Shown here piece after piece: positions 39,561 to 51,219 of a DNA stretch of 64,000 bases (positions are counted from its first letter, which is position 1; each line of letters starts with the position of its first letter). Origin of the DNA: Desulfatiglandales bacterium. Lineage in GTDB: Bacteria > Desulfobacterota > DSM-4660 > Desulfatiglandales > Desulfatiglandaceae. The stretch covers positions 5,120,001-5,184,000 of the forward strand of contig OY759599.1 in the NCBI GenBank assembly GCA_963662465.1. The letters run 5' to 3'. The position numbers and the translations under genes were made by a program. Below the pieces are notes generated by a model. It made no database searches, was not told where the DNA came from, and saw only the letters and a list, made by a program, of their open reading frames with translations.

Positions 39561-39860
39561 TTACTTTTTTTCGAGGCATTTAATGATGTTTAAAGGGGAA
39601 GCGGTGTGGATGCGGATGGTTTTGTTTTTCGAATGTTCTCCTGAGACAATATCGATTTTTCTTTTGGGAAGCCCCGTTATTTTTGCAAGGAACCCGATGA
39701 GCGCTTTATTTGCTTTTCCTTCGATTGCCGGCGCCGTGAGTTTTATTCGGTAAACGCCGTCCGTCTTACCCACAATTTCAGTCCTTGAAGAACGAGGCAA
39801 GACCCTCACTTTTATCACGGCGCTTTCTGGATTCCCCGTGTCTTTGCTCACAATCGGCAA
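39561..39860 (-). CDS. yggU: DUF167/YggU family protein
   Basis: VRVLPRSS, APAIEGKAN, SGEHSKNK; start uncertain. Confidence 0.85.
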   Translation of the reverse strand: MPIVSKDTGNPESAVIKVRVLPRSSRTEIVGKTDGVYRIKLTAPAIEGKANKALIGFLAKITGLPKRKIDIVSGEHSKNKTIRIHTASPLNIIKCLEKK

Positions 39861-39864
39861 ATTC

Positions 39865-40167
39865 CTACCCTCCCATTCGCATGGCCAGTTGCGCGAGACT
39901 TTGAACCAGGAAGGATTGCACAAAAATAATGACCAGGATCACGATGATCGGTGAAAAATCGATCCCCCCGAAACTGATGGGCAGCCGCCGCCTGATCTGG
40001 TAGAGAACCGGTTCCGTGACGGCATTCAAAAACCGTATGATGGGGTTATAGGGATCCGGGTTGACCCAGGACACCACGGCCCGGGCAATAATGATCCACA
40101 TGTACAGGGTTAAAGCGATATCGATTATTTTGGCGATGGCCGCCAGAAAATTTCCGATGACAAACAT
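39865..40167 (-). CDS. yggT: YggT family membrane protein
   Basis: SWVNPDPYNP, TEP, GIDFSP. Confidence 0.9.
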   Translation of the reverse strand: MFVIGNFLAAIAKIIDIALTLYMWIIIARAVVSWVNPDPYNPIIRFLNAVTEPVLYQIRRRLPISFGGIDFSPIIVILVIIFVQSFLVQSLAQLAMRMGG

Positions 40168-40274
40168 GGAAGTTATCCCCCCTATCGAGTCAAAAATTGC
40201 CTTGTTTTCAGAACCGTTAACCGATAACTGTCAACCGTAAACCGTTGTTATCCATACGCCGACCCGGGTATGTC

Positions 40275-40664
40275 GAAGCAATCCATAAGCCGGGTTTTGT
40301 TTTTCGAAAGGGTCGCCCACTTTCGAAACAATGACCATTCATCTAGCCTCGCCGTTGCCGACGAGATCAAGCGACCTACCCGGGAACTTGGGCGGACCAC
40401 CCTTAACGTCCCCCTATTTGGTCTTGCTCCAGGCGGGGTTTACAAAGCTTCCGCCGTCACCGGCGGAACTGGTGAGCTCTTACCTCACCCTTTCACCCTT
40501 ACCCCTTTTGAACGCCTAAGCGATCTTATCAGAGGCGGTTTCCTTTCTGTTGCACTTTCCTTCCCGTCGCCGGGACTGGGCGTTACCCAGCGCCTCGTCC
40601 TGTGGAGCCCGGACTTTCCTCCCCCTTGCCGGTGCGGCATGGCGGCGGTCATTCGTTTTACTTC
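40275..40664 (-). ncRNA. rnpB: RNase P RNA, bacterial type A
   Basis: GAGGAAAGTCCGGGC, GGAAAGTGCAACAGAAA, GGTAAGAGC, ACAAAACCCGGCTTAT on minus strand. Confidence 0.95.
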
Positions 40665-40690
40665 GGCATACCCGGGTCGGCGTATGGGCA

Positions 40691-41437
40691 CTATGATTCC
40701 CCAGGGTCCTCCTGGTAACGCTCATCTTCCCCCCAATACATGATGCGTGCGCAATTGGGACAGTTCATGAGTTTATCCCCACGGATCAACTCATTGAATT
40801 TCTGAGGCGGGATGGCCATGTGACAGGCCTGACATACCCCTTTGACGACAGGCGTTATGGCAACGCCGTCTTTGTGGTCTTTGAGCAGGTCATACTTTTG
40901 AAGAAGGGACTGTTCCGTCGCCTTAGAGCAACGTTCCCTCTCCTTTTGAAGCCCTTCAAGATCCTTATCCAGAATTTTCATATCTCTCAGAATTTGTTTA
41001 CGGTCATGTTCAAATTGTTTCTTCATTTCCTGGGATTTTTTTTGATTATCGTCACAGGCAGCCGCCAGATCCTCTTTTTGTTCCATCAATTCAATAGCAG
41101 CAAGCTCCAGCGTCTCTTTTTCCTGTTTAATACCTTCAATCTCCTTGAGTGCCGCACGATATTCCTTGTTTGATGTGATGCCGGATAATTTTACCTCGGC
41201 TTTTTTCAAACGGTCATCCAGATCTTGAATCCCCCGTTCGGTTTCCCGACTCAAATTGTTGTGGGAATGCAATTTGTCCATTTCTTCCTGCAACACCGCT
41301 TCCACCGCCGCCAGATTTTCCTTGCGCTTCAGTACTGCCGCGGGACCCCTTTCCTTTTGGGCCAGTTTCTCCCTTATGCGAATATCATAAGCCTGAAGGC
41401 CAATCAAAAGTTTTATTGTTTTTTCCAATACTCTCAC
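40691..41437 (-). CDS. C4-type zinc ribbon coiled-coil protein (CT398/CdsZ-like)
   Basis: CQACH...CPNCARI; position between Nif3 and rnpB. Confidence 0.88.
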   Translation of the reverse strand: MRVLEKTIKLLIGLQAYDIRIREKLAQKERGPAAVLKRKENLAAVEAVLQEEMDKLHSHNNLSRETERGIQDLDDRLKKAEVKLSGITSNKEYRAALKEIEGIKQEKETLELAAIELMEQKEDLAAACDDNQKKSQEMKKQFEHDRKQILRDMKILDKDLEGLQKERERCSKATEQSLLQKYDLLKDHKDGVAITPVVKGVCQACHMAIPPQKFNELIRGDKLMNCPNCARIMYWGEDERYQEDPGES

Positions 41438-41444
41438 CTCTCAA

Positions 41445-42296
41445 CTAAACAACACGTTTGTGGTTTGTGGGACAGGTTGATTTAAAAAGGCCGGACGTCA
41501 TCCAAATGGGATCTGTCTGGGACCCATCCGTTTCAACCCCAACTTCCCATCCTTCTTTTCTAAAATGAAAATTCAAGTTTTCGCAAAAAATGTCAAAGGC
41601 CGTTTTTTCCGTATGGAAATGCCCTCCATCAAGAAGGGCAATACCGAGGGATTTCGCTTCCAGGGCAGCGTGGTGCCCCACATCCCCGGTGATGAGGACA
41701 TCCGCCCCACTCTTGGCGGCGGAAGAGATAAGGCTCCCCCCTGATCCGCCAACCACGGCAACACGCTGAACAGGCGATGCTTTTTCACCCACCAGGCGAA
41801 TATAATCGGCGCCGAGCATCGTTTCCACATCCTTTGCCAGATTGAACAAATCCGTAACCTCAGGTAGATCCCCCACTCTTCCAAGGCCGACCCCGCCCTC
41901 TTTGTCGTGAGGTTGCAGGATCTCTACATTCTCAAGACCCAAAAGATCCGCCAGGATATCATTTATCCCCCCCTTGGCAACATCCAGATTGGTGTGTGCC
42001 GTTACAACAGATATATTCCTGCATGCGGCCTGGGCCAGAATACAACCGGGATAGGCGTTAATTTCGATATGAGAAACAGATTTGAAAATCAAGGGATGGT
42101 GGGTGAAAAGGACCTGAGCCTTGGCCTCGGACGCGGCCATCAAAGCGTTAAGGGTGGGATCCAGAGACGAAAAAATATGCTTTATTTTTTGCTCTGAATC
42201 CCCGATCTGAAGACCGGGATTATCCCATGGCTCCGCCAGCCTCACAGGCGCAATGCGCTCAATCAGATGTAAAAAATCTCCCAATGTCGGTATCAT
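41445..42296 (-). CDS. Nif3-like dinuclear metal hexameric protein
   Basis: WDNPGL, THHP, HTNLD, TGD, GHFHTE. Confidence 0.9.
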   Translation of the reverse strand: MIPTLGDFLHLIERIAPVRLAEPWDNPGLQIGDSEQKIKHIFSSLDPTLNALMAASEAKAQVLFTHHPLIFKSVSHIEINAYPGCILAQAACRNISVVTAHTNLDVAKGGINDILADLLGLENVEILQPHDKEGGVGLGRVGDLPEVTDLFNLAKDVETMLGADYIRLVGEKASPVQRVAVVGGSGGSLISSAAKSGADVLITGDVGHHAALEAKSLGIALLDGGHFHTEKTAFDIFCENLNFHFRKEGWEVGVETDGSQTDPIWMTSGLFKSTCPTNHKRVV

Positions 42297-42323
42297 ATCA
42301 AAACCTGCTTTTGACTCCCTATC

Positions 42324-42368
42324 AAAAAAAGGTAAAGGGCGCATCCCGCATAAGGATACGCCCTTCCT
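42324..42368 (-). terminator. intrinsic terminator downstream of the tRNA
   Basis: AAGGGCG.ATCC/GGAT.CGCCCTT stem then T-run on minus strand. Confidence 0.6.
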
Positions 42369-42438
42369 GAAATCTTCATTCCCGATTCGGGTAAAACATT
42401 TCCATGAAAACACAAAAACCGCGGGGGCTATCAATTAA

Positions 42439-42514
42439 TGGTGGGCCCACCTGGGTTCGAACCAGGGACCTACCGGTTATGAGCCGGTGGCTCTTCCAGC
42501 TGAGCTATAGGCCC
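42439..42514 (-). tRNA. tRNA-Ile2 (CAT anticodon, lysidine-type); tRNA-Met not excluded
   Basis: 76-nt cloverleaf with encoded CCA; G1-C72 pair, C4-G69/C5-G68, A73; located after rpoD. Confidence 0.85.
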
Positions 42515-42649
42515 TACTTTTATACACCGTCAAACGAGGAGACCTCATCACAAGGGAAGGTCCCTGGTTTAGCGGCAACCGATCGCAGTAGCATGCGCAT
42601 CTAACAAAAATTTGTCAAGGAAAAAACGGCACAACCTTACAGACCTGCC

Positions 42650-44422
42650 TCAGTTATTCTCAATGAAGCTTTTCAACTTTCTGCTTCGGCTGGGGTGCCG
42701 CAGTTTTCTAAGGGCTTTCGCTTCTATCTGTCGAATGCGCTCTCGCGTCACGCTAAAATCCCTTCCCACTTCTTCCAGGGTATGGTCCGCCTTTTCACCA
42801 ATGCCGAACCGCATGCGAAGCACTTTTTCTTCTCGAGGCGTCAGGGTGGTCAGGACCTTCCGCGTTTGTTCGGCCAAACCAAAATTGACCACGGCATCCC
42901 CCGGTGAGAGAATATTTTTGTCTTCTATGAAATCTCCAAGATGACTGTCTTCCTCTTCCCCGATGGGCGTTTCGAGAGAAATCGGCTCCTTTGCGATTTT
43001 CAGTACCTTTCGGACTTTGTCCAATGGAAATTCCATCTTCTCGGCAATCTCTTCCGATGTGGGTTCGCGACCGTGTTCCTGAACCAGGTATCGAGATGTC
43101 CTCATGAGTTTATTGATGGTTTCGATCATATGGACCGGAATGCGGATGGTTCTGGCCTGGTCGGCAATGGCCCGGGTAATGGCCTGGCGTATCCACCAGG
43201 TGGCGTAAGTGCTGAACTTATATCCGCGCTGATACTCAAATTTGTCCACGGCCTTCATCAAACCGATATTGCCTTCCTGAATCAGATCCAGAAACATGAG
43301 CCCTCGGTTGGTATATTTTTTTGCAATGCTGACCACCAGCCTTAAATTAGCCTGAATGAGTTCCGATTTTGCCCGACTGGCATTTGCAAGGCTTCTTTCC
43401 ACCCGTTCCAATTCGGATTTCAATTCCCTGGGCGTCATGTTGGTCCGTTCTCTAACCTGTCGGATCACGCGTCGGGATTCGTCTGCCTTGTATTTTAACG
43501 CAATCAATTCGCATTTTGTCAAATTGATCGGATCAATGACATCCGTATCTTTAGTTGACTCGGGGATTTGAGCAATACACCGTTTCAAATAGGAAATCGG
43601 CTTTCCACCCGCCCGTAGCATACATTCCGCCACATCTTTCTCAGCAGCCTCCACGGTGTCCAGCAATTCCCGAAAACTTTCCAGCATATTTTCAAGCTGC
43701 CTTTTTTCCAGGCTGAATGAGCTAACGACCGACAGGATTTTTCCCTGATCTTCCCTGATTCGAGCATTCAGCGCGTTACGGGTTTCTTCCGAGCCGCAGC
43801 CTTTTGTCATTTCTCGTCGTTTATGACGAATGCTTTCATTGAGTTCCTGAATTTGATCGATCAAGTGAATGAGTGATTCTTTTTTTTCGCCCATTTGCAT
43901 GAAATTGTCGTCGTCTTCCAGGTCATTGATCACATCTTTGAGCTTGACTTCCGTTTCTTTAAGACTTTCTCCCAGCTTTATGATATGTTCCACGCCGACG
44001 CCGCAGGTCAACAAGGCTTCCAGTGCCTCCTTTTCTCCGGCCTCGATGCGTTTGGCAATTTCCACTTCTCCATCCCGCGTCAGGAGCGAAATCCGACCCA
44101 TTTCCTTCAAATACATCTTGACCGGGTCTGAAATTCGAGACGCTGAATCCGACAGGTCAAAGGAAGCGGCGTTTTTATCTTCCGGTCTGATTCGGTTTTT
44201 CTTGAGGTCCTTTCGGTTTTCAATCTTCTTTTTAGTGGTTTCATCAATGACCATGATATCCAGTTCTTCAAACATCATCATCAAGTCATCAATCTGCTCT
44301 TCCGAGGAAATGATTTCTTCAGACAGGTCGTCATTCAGTTCTTCAAAGGTCACGTAACCTTTGTTTTTGCCGGTATTGATCAACTTCTTGAGATTGACCA
44401 TGTCTGTATTTTTATCTATCAT
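42650..44422 (-). CDS. rpoD: RNA polymerase sigma-70 RpoD
   Basis: [41 protein letters not shown]. Confidence 0.96.
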   Translation of the reverse strand: MIDKNTDMVNLKKLINTGKNKGYVTFEELNDDLSEEIISSEEQIDDLMMMFEELDIMVIDETTKKKIENRKDLKKNRIRPEDKNAASFDLSDSASRISDPVKMYLKEMGRISLLTRDGEVEIAKRIEAGEKEALEALLTCGVGVEHIIKLGESLKETEVKLKDVINDLEDDDNFMQMGEKKESLIHLIDQIQELNESIRHKRREMTKGCGSEETRNALNARIREDQGKILSVVSSFSLEKRQLENMLESFRELLDTVEAAEKDVAECMLRAGGKPISYLKRCIAQIPESTKDTDVIDPINLTKCELIALKYKADESRRVIRQVRERTNMTPRELKSELERVERSLANASRAKSELIQANLRLVVSIAKKYTNRGLMFLDLIQEGNIGLMKAVDKFEYQRGYKFSTYATWWIRQAITRAIADQARTIRIPVHMIETINKLMRTSRYLVQEHGREPTSEEIAEKMEFPLDKVRKVLKIAKEPISLETPIGEEEDSHLGDFIEDKNILSPGDAVVNFGLAEQTRKVLTTLTPREEKVLRMRFGIGEKADHTLEEVGRDFSVTRERIRQIEAKALRKLRHPSRSRKLKSFIENN

Positions 44423-44439
44423 ATGGCCTCCTGAATGAT

Positions 44440-46197
44440 TCATTTTCCAAAGGGCCGTCCGGCCTGTACTTTCATTTTTAAAAGCTCGTTTATGGCCCGG
44501 GGGTCTCCCTTGGCCTTCTTGAATGAATCCGCGATGATTTTTTTCCGTGCATCTTCTCTAAAATCCCCTACGGCCTGCTTTACTTCCCGATCTGAGCAGA
44601 AAGAGGGGCGAAAGCCAAATTCCCTGAGCCATAGCCGGTCGCCATCATGTTCAAGACGTTCCTGGATGGTCTCAAAGGTTATGGCATCCGCCTTGGCGCA
44701 CCCATCAAAGATGACATCAACAATCCTCCGGATCATGGGATCGGTAATCAGGCGCCTGCAATGGCGCCCCTTCAGGTCGGCAACCGTTTCAGGGTAATGC
44801 AGCAAAAGATTGAGAAACTGAATTTCCCTAAAAGGCTTGTTAGTATTGCCGGATGCAAATTGGCCTTTTATTTCTTGTTTAAGGCGACTTTCCCCCGAGG
44901 ACTGTTTGACGCCTTTAAGTGCCGAAATAACTACGGATTCCCCAATGTTGGTTTTCTCAGACAGTCTTTTTATATAAAAAGCCACCAGCGTTTCATTGCT
45001 CACCTTCGCCAGCATGGGAAGGATTTCTTCCAGAGTGCCGACTTTGCGATCAATGTCGCCGGCGTCTTGTCCCAGCTTGTGATCAATATAAAAATCAAAC
45101 AAGGAAGGCGCCTTGTCCAGGAGCTTTGAAAAAGCTTCCGGGCCACTGGTGTTGACAAAGCTATCCGGGTCGTGGCCATTGGGCAACACAACCGCTCTTG
45201 CTGAAAGCCTTTCATTCAAAAAGATGGGCAAGGTGCGCAAGGCGGCCGCTTTTCCCGCTTCATCACCATCAAACACCACAACCGCCTCTTTGCCAATCCC
45301 TTTCAGTTTTCGAATGGGCGTCTCGGAAAGCGCGGTGCCAAGAGTTGCCACCACTTCCTTCACCCCATGTTTTCTGAGGGCCAAGCAATCCATATAGCCT
45401 TCCACCAGCACGGCACGCCCCGTTTCCCTAATGGCTTTTCGGGAAACATCAAACCCGTAAAGGCATGTGCCTTTATGAAAAAGCGGCGTTTCAGGCGTGT
45501 TAACATATTTGGGCAAGGTATCATCCAGGACTCTTCCCCCAAATCCGATGACCCGCTTTTTCTGGGTCAAATCGATTATGGGAAACATCACTCTTTCCCT
45601 GAACAGATCGTAACAGCGTCCCTTGTCGCTTTGTTTAAGGACGCCTGCCGCAACAGCCGTTTCAAGCGGTACATTTTTGCCGCGAAGAAACTGCTTCAAG
45701 CCATCCCACCCTTTAGGCGCATAGCCCAATCGAAACTCTTTTATGATTTCATTGGAGATGGACCGCCTTTTCAAATAATCGCGACCGGGTTTCCCTTTAA
45801 CCGGATGTTCCAAACCCTTTTGAAAATAGACGGCTGCCAGTTCATTGACCCTATAGAGGGTTTCCCTGTAATCCGTTTTTCTTTTTTCTTCGGGAGTTGA
45901 ATACTTTTCAGGCAGTCGTACCTGGTATCTTTCCGCCAAATCCCTTAACGCCTCGGGAAAGGTCAGGCTGTGATATTCCATCCAGAAGTCAAAGACGTCC
46001 CCACCCTTTTTGCACCCGAAGCAATGAAACATCTGTTTGTCCGGGCTGACCGTGAAAGAAGGCGTCTTTTCTCCATGAAAAGGGCATAGCCCCACAAAGT
46101 TTTTCCCTGCCTTTTTGAGCTGAACAAACTGCCCCACAACCGAAACGATGTCGGCCGCCTGCTTTATCTCCTCTTTGGCGGACTGGTAGCTTATCAT
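44440..46197 (-). CDS. dnaG: DNA primase
   Basis: [40 protein letters not shown]. Confidence 0.96.
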   Translation of the reverse strand: MISYQSAKEEIKQAADIVSVVGQFVQLKKAGKNFVGLCPFHGEKTPSFTVSPDKQMFHCFGCKKGGDVFDFWMEYHSLTFPEALRDLAERYQVRLPEKYSTPEEKRKTDYRETLYRVNELAAVYFQKGLEHPVKGKPGRDYLKRRSISNEIIKEFRLGYAPKGWDGLKQFLRGKNVPLETAVAAGVLKQSDKGRCYDLFRERVMFPIIDLTQKKRVIGFGGRVLDDTLPKYVNTPETPLFHKGTCLYGFDVSRKAIRETGRAVLVEGYMDCLALRKHGVKEVVATLGTALSETPIRKLKGIGKEAVVVFDGDEAGKAAALRTLPIFLNERLSARAVVLPNGHDPDSFVNTSGPEAFSKLLDKAPSLFDFYIDHKLGQDAGDIDRKVGTLEEILPMLAKVSNETLVAFYIKRLSEKTNIGESVVISALKGVKQSSGESRLKQEIKGQFASGNTNKPFREIQFLNLLLHYPETVADLKGRHCRRLITDPMIRRIVDVIFDGCAKADAITFETIQERLEHDGDRLWLREFGFRPSFCSDREVKQAVGDFREDARKKIIADSFKKAKGDPRAINELLKMKVQAGRPFGK

Positions 46198-46538
46198 GGG
46201 TTGCTCTTTATTTGTCGCTGGCTTGTGGACACGGCAAGCAACGCGGGGGAACATGCCATATTCCTGAAAACCTTTTCCACACCCTCTTTTAAATCGCTGA
46301 AAAGCTTGCGGAGAGGCAGGCTCGCCGATCGGTGGAAATCAAGAACTCAAGGGTAAAAGAGACAGCGCATACCGCAGGTTGACCTCCTCAATTCTTTTGT
46401 TCAATGACATATGATTTCACCCCTGTGCACAATCAAAAGTTAAAAACGTTCGGCATCGTATTGCCATTATCCAAACTCCAACTCTATGACGCTTCGACCA
46501 AATGTCAAGCCCATGAGGCAATGGATTATGCGCTTTGC

Positions 46539-47264
46539 TCATCTTTGGCATGCTTTTATGGCGGCTGCCAGATCAAGACTGCCATCATAAAGCGCCCGAC
46601 CGGTGATAAGACCCATCACCCCATCGGCGAACAGGGGCATGATTTTCAATACATCATCCATTTCTGAAATACCGCCGGAAGCGATGAGCGGAATGTTCGT
46701 TGTCCTTGCCAGAGCGCCGGTCGCTTCAACGTTGCAGCCGGTTCTCATGCCGTCGCGGTTGATGTCGGTATAGATAATCGCCGCCAGGCCGTCATCCTTA
46801 AACCGTTCGGCCAGCGCCGCAGGGGTGAGATCAATCTCTTCCGTCCAGCCCTCTACGGCAATTCGGTTGTTTCGCGCATCAATGCCCAGAATGATTTGCC
46901 CGGGAAAGGAACGGCAGGCCTCCTTGACAAAATCCGGATTTTTATGAGCTACCGTGCCCAGAATCACATATTGCAACCCGAGATCAAAATAGGCGCGAAG
47001 CGTACCCATATCCCGTATGCCGCCTCCCAGTTCCACGGGAATGGGGATGGCTTCAACAATCCGCCTGATGGTTTCCCGGTTGACGGGGTTTCCACTGACC
47101 GCGCCATCCAGATCCACCAGGTGAAGCCTTTTGGCGCCGCACTCAAACCATTTTTCCGCCATCTCTTCAGGTTTGTCTGAAAAAATGGTCTCGTCGGACA
47201 TGCGCCCCTGCTTGAGCCTGACGCATTTGCCGCCTTTAATATCAATTGCCGGAATGATTAGCAC
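46539..47264 (-). CDS. hisA: ProFAR isomerase
   Basis: IPAIDIKGG..VRL, HLVDLDGA, GGGIR, YTDINRDG. Confidence 0.95.
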   Translation of the reverse strand: MLIIPAIDIKGGKCVRLKQGRMSDETIFSDKPEEMAEKWFECGAKRLHLVDLDGAVSGNPVNRETIRRIVEAIPIPVELGGGIRDMGTLRAYFDLGLQYVILGTVAHKNPDFVKEACRSFPGQIILGIDARNNRIAVEGWTEEIDLTPAALAERFKDDGLAAIIYTDINRDGMRTGCNVEATGALARTTNIPLIASGGISEMDDVLKIMPLFADGVMGLITGRALYDGSLDLAAAIKACQR

Positions 47265-48006
47265 TGGGTTCCCTTTCCTTTTCCTTTTTTTGGGGCGCCG
47301 GTTTTCCCGGCATTTCCGCGATCAGTTTTTCAAGACCGATATCGGCTAGTTTTTCCGCCGTCAGCCAACGCCCGGAACTCTTAACATAGGTTTCAAAATC
47401 AAAAAGATCGGCAAATAAAGACTTCTGGGTTTTATCAAAGTGGCCTCGCCATAAAATAGCCCCATTTGACGGCTGAAGCAGAACGAGATCAAATGACACA
47501 GATGCCGGACTATTCACCGCAAAATCGCGTCCCATGCGTTTCCGCCACCGGTAAATGGAACCCGTGAGAACAGCATCGGCTTCGAAGGTTTTTCCCACGG
47601 ACTGAAGCATTTCCAGTGGGGTTCTTTCCATTTTTTTATCTCTATCAATAACGCTTGCCAATACACCCTTGGCCTGACCGGGGGAAACCAGTATCCACTG
47701 TTTGTCTTTCATCAGCTTGCTGAATAAGAGTTCGTTCATTTGCTTCACCGCATCTTCAGGTACGGGTTCAGCCAGAAATGAAGTGCCGGTAATGGGGTTT
47801 TGGACAAGGTTTGCTCCCGAACCTGTTGTCATGGCAGCCTGGAAGCCCATAACCACTACTTTCTTTATTTCTTCCTGTAAACGGACCTGATTTGCGAATT
47901 GATATGCGGTGGGTTTTACATCTTTATGGCAACCCCAAATGAAAAGGGTGCAGAACAGTACTGGGAGCCATAACCTCTGAGGCTTTCGGAAAATTCTTTT
48001 ATACAT
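47242..48006 (-). CDS. putative lipoprotein
   Basis: Lipobox-like IWGC after hydrophobic segment. Confidence 0.7.
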   Translation of the reverse strand: MYKRIFRKPQRLWLPVLFCTLFIWGCHKDVKPTAYQFANQVRLQEEIKKVVVMGFQAAMTTGSGANLVQNPITGTSFLAEPVPEDAVKQMNELLFSKLMKDKQWILVSPGQAKGVLASVIDRDKKMERTPLEMLQSVGKTFEADAVLTGSIYRWRKRMGRDFAVNSPASVSFDLVLLQPSNGAILWRGHFDKTQKSLFADLFDFETYVKSSGRWLTAEKLADIGLEKLIAEMPGKPAPQKKEKEREPSANHSGN

Positions 48007-48055
48007 TGGGGACCTCGCCTGACAAACCGGTTTTAAGTTGGGATAAGGTAAAATA

Positions 48056-48649
48056 CTACAGAAGCCCTTTTGTGGAGGGCAATTTCCCTTTAAGCCGAAC
48101 TTCTAACTGGGTAGCCCGGTCCAGCGCTTTTCCAAATGCTTTGAAGATGGCCTCGGAAATATGGTGAGGTTCCTCCCCGGAAAGGAGATCAATATGCAGT
48201 GTGATTCCAGCGTTAAACGCCAGAGCGCGAAAAAACTCTTTGATGAGACCCAGATCGAAAGATCCTGAGGTATTCTTTTTAAAATTAACCCGATAGGCAA
48301 GAAATGGACGGTTGGAGATATCCAAGACAACCCGAACTAAAGTTTCATCCATGGGAACCGTCGCTTCCCCATAGCGCCTTATCCCTTCTTTTTCACCCAG
48401 CGCCTGTTTCAACGCCAACCCGAGGCAAATCCCCAGATCTTCCACGGTGTGGTGGTCGTCGATCTCCGTATCCCCCCGGCCCTTTAACGTCAACTGCATA
48501 AAACCGTGTGCCGCCATTAAATCCAGCATATGGTTCATGAAAGGGACCCCGGTATGCACTACGGACGGGCTTGCATCATCAAGATTAAGCTTTAGGGAAA
48601 TCTCCGTTTCTCTGGTCTTTCGCTCTATGCTCGCTTCTCTCATCATCAT
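48056..48649 (-). CDS. hisB: imidazoleglycerol-phosphate dehydratase
   Basis: RKTRET, DDHHTVED, PMDE, HHISEA, PSTKG. Confidence 0.95.
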   Translation of the reverse strand: MMMREASIERKTRETEISLKLNLDDASPSVVHTGVPFMNHMLDLMAAHGFMQLTLKGRGDTEIDDHHTVEDLGICLGLALKQALGEKEGIRRYGEATVPMDETLVRVVLDISNRPFLAYRVNFKKNTSGSFDLGLIKEFFRALAFNAGITLHIDLLSGEEPHHISEAIFKAFGKALDRATQLEVRLKGKLPSTKGLL

Positions 48650-48927
48650 GCCATTGTTTCCATCAACTTTCAATATCCAAAGCTGCACTATAACCAAAAT
48701 TTACGAAAAGTCAAGAAATCAGGGGGTACTTTCTGTAATGTGTTGACCATTCTGTTGACCACAAAGCGGAAGAGACTCTGACCAGGAGCGAAATAGAAAA
48801 CCAGATAAAGCAAATCCTTCAATCCCTACCTGAAGAGGACCTCGGCCGGGTGCTTTCGGTTTTAAGATTCCTCTATCTACCAGGGTTGCAGTGAATGGAT
48901 GTTGGGACGTCTTCCGCCTACTCCTAA

Positions 48928-49392
48928 TCACCCATATCCCAGCATATCATCCACGCTTTTCGCCTTGATGTACTGAGCGGAATATTCCCCGACCGCCAGT
49001 TCCACAAAGTGTTTTTTGGCGCATTCTATTTTGGCCCCCTCAACATGACGAAGGTCATCCCACCACATGCTCCCCTTGGTTTCCACAACGAAGTATAGCT
49101 TTTCCTGACCATCCATTGAGACCAGTGCCGCCCAGTCAGGATTGTAGTTGCCCAGGGGCGTGGGAATCGTAAACCATGGAGGCAGTTTAGCATAGACTTT
49201 GACCGCTTCATTTTTCTCCAGGTCTTCGGCAAACCTTCGCTCTACACCGGCGGAATCATACACCACATGCTGAATAAACGGATTTTTGTGTTTTCAGCGT
49301 GTTTTTGAGATAACCGGTCAGTTCTTCTTTTTCAAAAAGCTCCTGCGCATAAAAGAAATCGTCTCTAATACGCTGGTAACGTATTCCATATG
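48928..49392 (-). pseudogene. C-terminal fragment of type III restriction endonuclease Res subunit
   Basis: YDS..E..FA, KLP.WF.IPTPLGNYNPDWA, VVETKG; frameshifted upstream part YAQELFEKEELTGYL. Confidence 0.8.
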
Positions 49393-49494
49393 ACTTGATA
49401 TCAAGAATTTTTGTGTCCTTTCGGCAAGCATGCACAGATGAAAAATAATTTTATTTTTTTTGAGGGTGATGCCATGCCGTGGTAAGCACGGCAT

Positions 49495-49818
49495 CTACGC
49501 TTTAAGATGATTTATTAATTTTGAGAGGGTATTGACTGCCTGAAATTCCAGGGCAGCCATTTCGAATTTTATCCGGGCTTTTTGCCTTTTGTGCAAACGC
49601 TCCACGAATTCGGTCAGATGGGATTCGTTTAGATCGTTTACAGTAAGCCGCTTCCCCACTGTCCATCGGGCAAAAGAGGCAGCAACTGGACGCTTTTTCC
49701 GTAGCATCCGTTCCGCATACCCCAGAGTGCGAAGGTGTGATAGGAAGGAGTTGACATGGGTTTGACATAGGTTCGAATGCGGGTTGTTTTTCGATACGAA
49801 ATTACTGAATGTTTTCAT
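49495..49818 (-). pseudogene. N-terminal fragment of a RIT-type tyrosine recombinase
   Basis: FLSHLRTLGYA..FARW..DLNE..F pattern; lies just inside a RIT-like end. Confidence 0.6.
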
Positions 49819-49928
49819 GTGGTCTCTCCTTTCGTTTGGCGGGATTGCCAAACCGAAGATCCCACAAAAATTATGCCGTGTCAGCAGCTACTTCAAGGCA
49901 CGAATAATCCCACAAAATTCTTGTAATG

Positions 49929-49986
49929 CGGCATAATCCGGGAGTCGGCATTATATCTGTTATGCCGCGAACGGCATAACAGATAT
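49929..49986. mobile_element. RIT element terminal site and palindrome at junction with IS66 tnpC
   Basis: CGGCATAA-N9-CGGCATTA, then ATATCTGTTATGCCG-CGAA-CGGCATAACAGATAT. Confidence 0.65.
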
Positions 49987-51150
49987 TATTGTCGAGCGGT
50001 GCACCCGGGATCACCAGGAATCGAGTCAAGGGCGCCCAGTGTTTCATCATGTATGCAATGGCTTTGCCCAGACCTGAGTTGGGTTCCACCCTTTTTTCGT
50101 CAAGCTGCTGCTTGAACCAAGCAAACAAATCATCCATCAGGGGTTTGCTTTCAGCCTGATGAAATGCCAAACGATCCTGGGGAGACATGCTTTTATCCCT
50201 GGCAATCTCGTCGTTATGATAGGCCTTCGCGAGAATTTCGATCACATGCCGACATTCATCGGGAAAGGCGTCGACGATGTCGACAAAGTTTCTTCGGCCA
50301 TGGGTCAGGCAGTGCTCAAGAATAACCTCTAGAATTTTCGGGATGTTTCGAGAAAGAGCGTCACACATTAACTGAGGCGGGCTAAGCCCCTGAAGCCTTT
50401 TTTGGAGTAGTGCATCTATATTTTCACCGGCATAATTCCTTCCGGTAAAATACAGGACGGCCATACGATCCTCCATTTTTGATAAGATGCCGGTTGTAAA
50501 CATTCCCTTTCTGCCGTTTTCTGTTTCATCTTCTTTCATTATGCTCAGCACTTTGACGGTTGTATCGTCGATGTGAAACAGCTCTCCCTGAGCCGCCTGT
50601 TTCAATATCTCCGAATAAGCGGGATTTGCCAATGAAGATAAGCCTTCGACGAGATCTCATTGCGTTGCCGCGGGAGCCGGAACTCCCAGATTCTTCTGGA
50701 ACTGTTCCAGTCTGTTAAAAGGAAATCCATTGCTGTATCTCAGAAGGGCAATTATGGCGACAGCGGTTTCGTCATATTTCTGGTCCCCAATATCTTCGGG
50801 AGGTTTTGCCGTAAAGGTTTCCCCACACAGATTGCATCGAAGCTTTTCCAATTCGTAAATGGTTCCCTCCAAAGGAGGTGATCCCACGATTCGAATCACA
50901 ATTCCGGGTGATTTTCTGTAAACCTTACCTATTAGACATTCCGGACATGGATCGCCGTGTTTCAAACTTTCGTGATTCACTTGTATTTTCTTCGCGCCGG
51001 GATAAGCGGATACACCATTGCGACCATGCCCTTTTGGTTTTTTCTCGGGTTCCTTTTTCTTTTTACTCGATGATCAAGTTTTTTATCTTGTTTTTTTTGA
51101 AATTCAATTTTTTGGTGATAAACTTGTCAAAAGTACTCAGCAAGGACAAC
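49987..51150 (-). pseudogene. IS66 family transposase TnpC, broken
   Basis: GHGRNG, CPEC, LRCNLCG, HIDDT, CLTHGRRNF, EPNSGLGKA, LDNN; stop near 50657, cut after LDNNIC. Confidence 0.85.
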
Positions 51151-51219
51151 ATCTGAATGATAGAGACGATGTAGGCTCCGATCTACCCATGGCTCTTCCG
51201 CTCATATGTTTTTTAGATG

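Noticed and set aside
40270..40743. ORFs over rnpB
   Set aside because: Region is RNase P RNA
46255..46538. Possible ncRNA (e.g. 6S) in the hisA-dnaG spacer
   Set aside because: No recognisable motif or convincing long stem by eye
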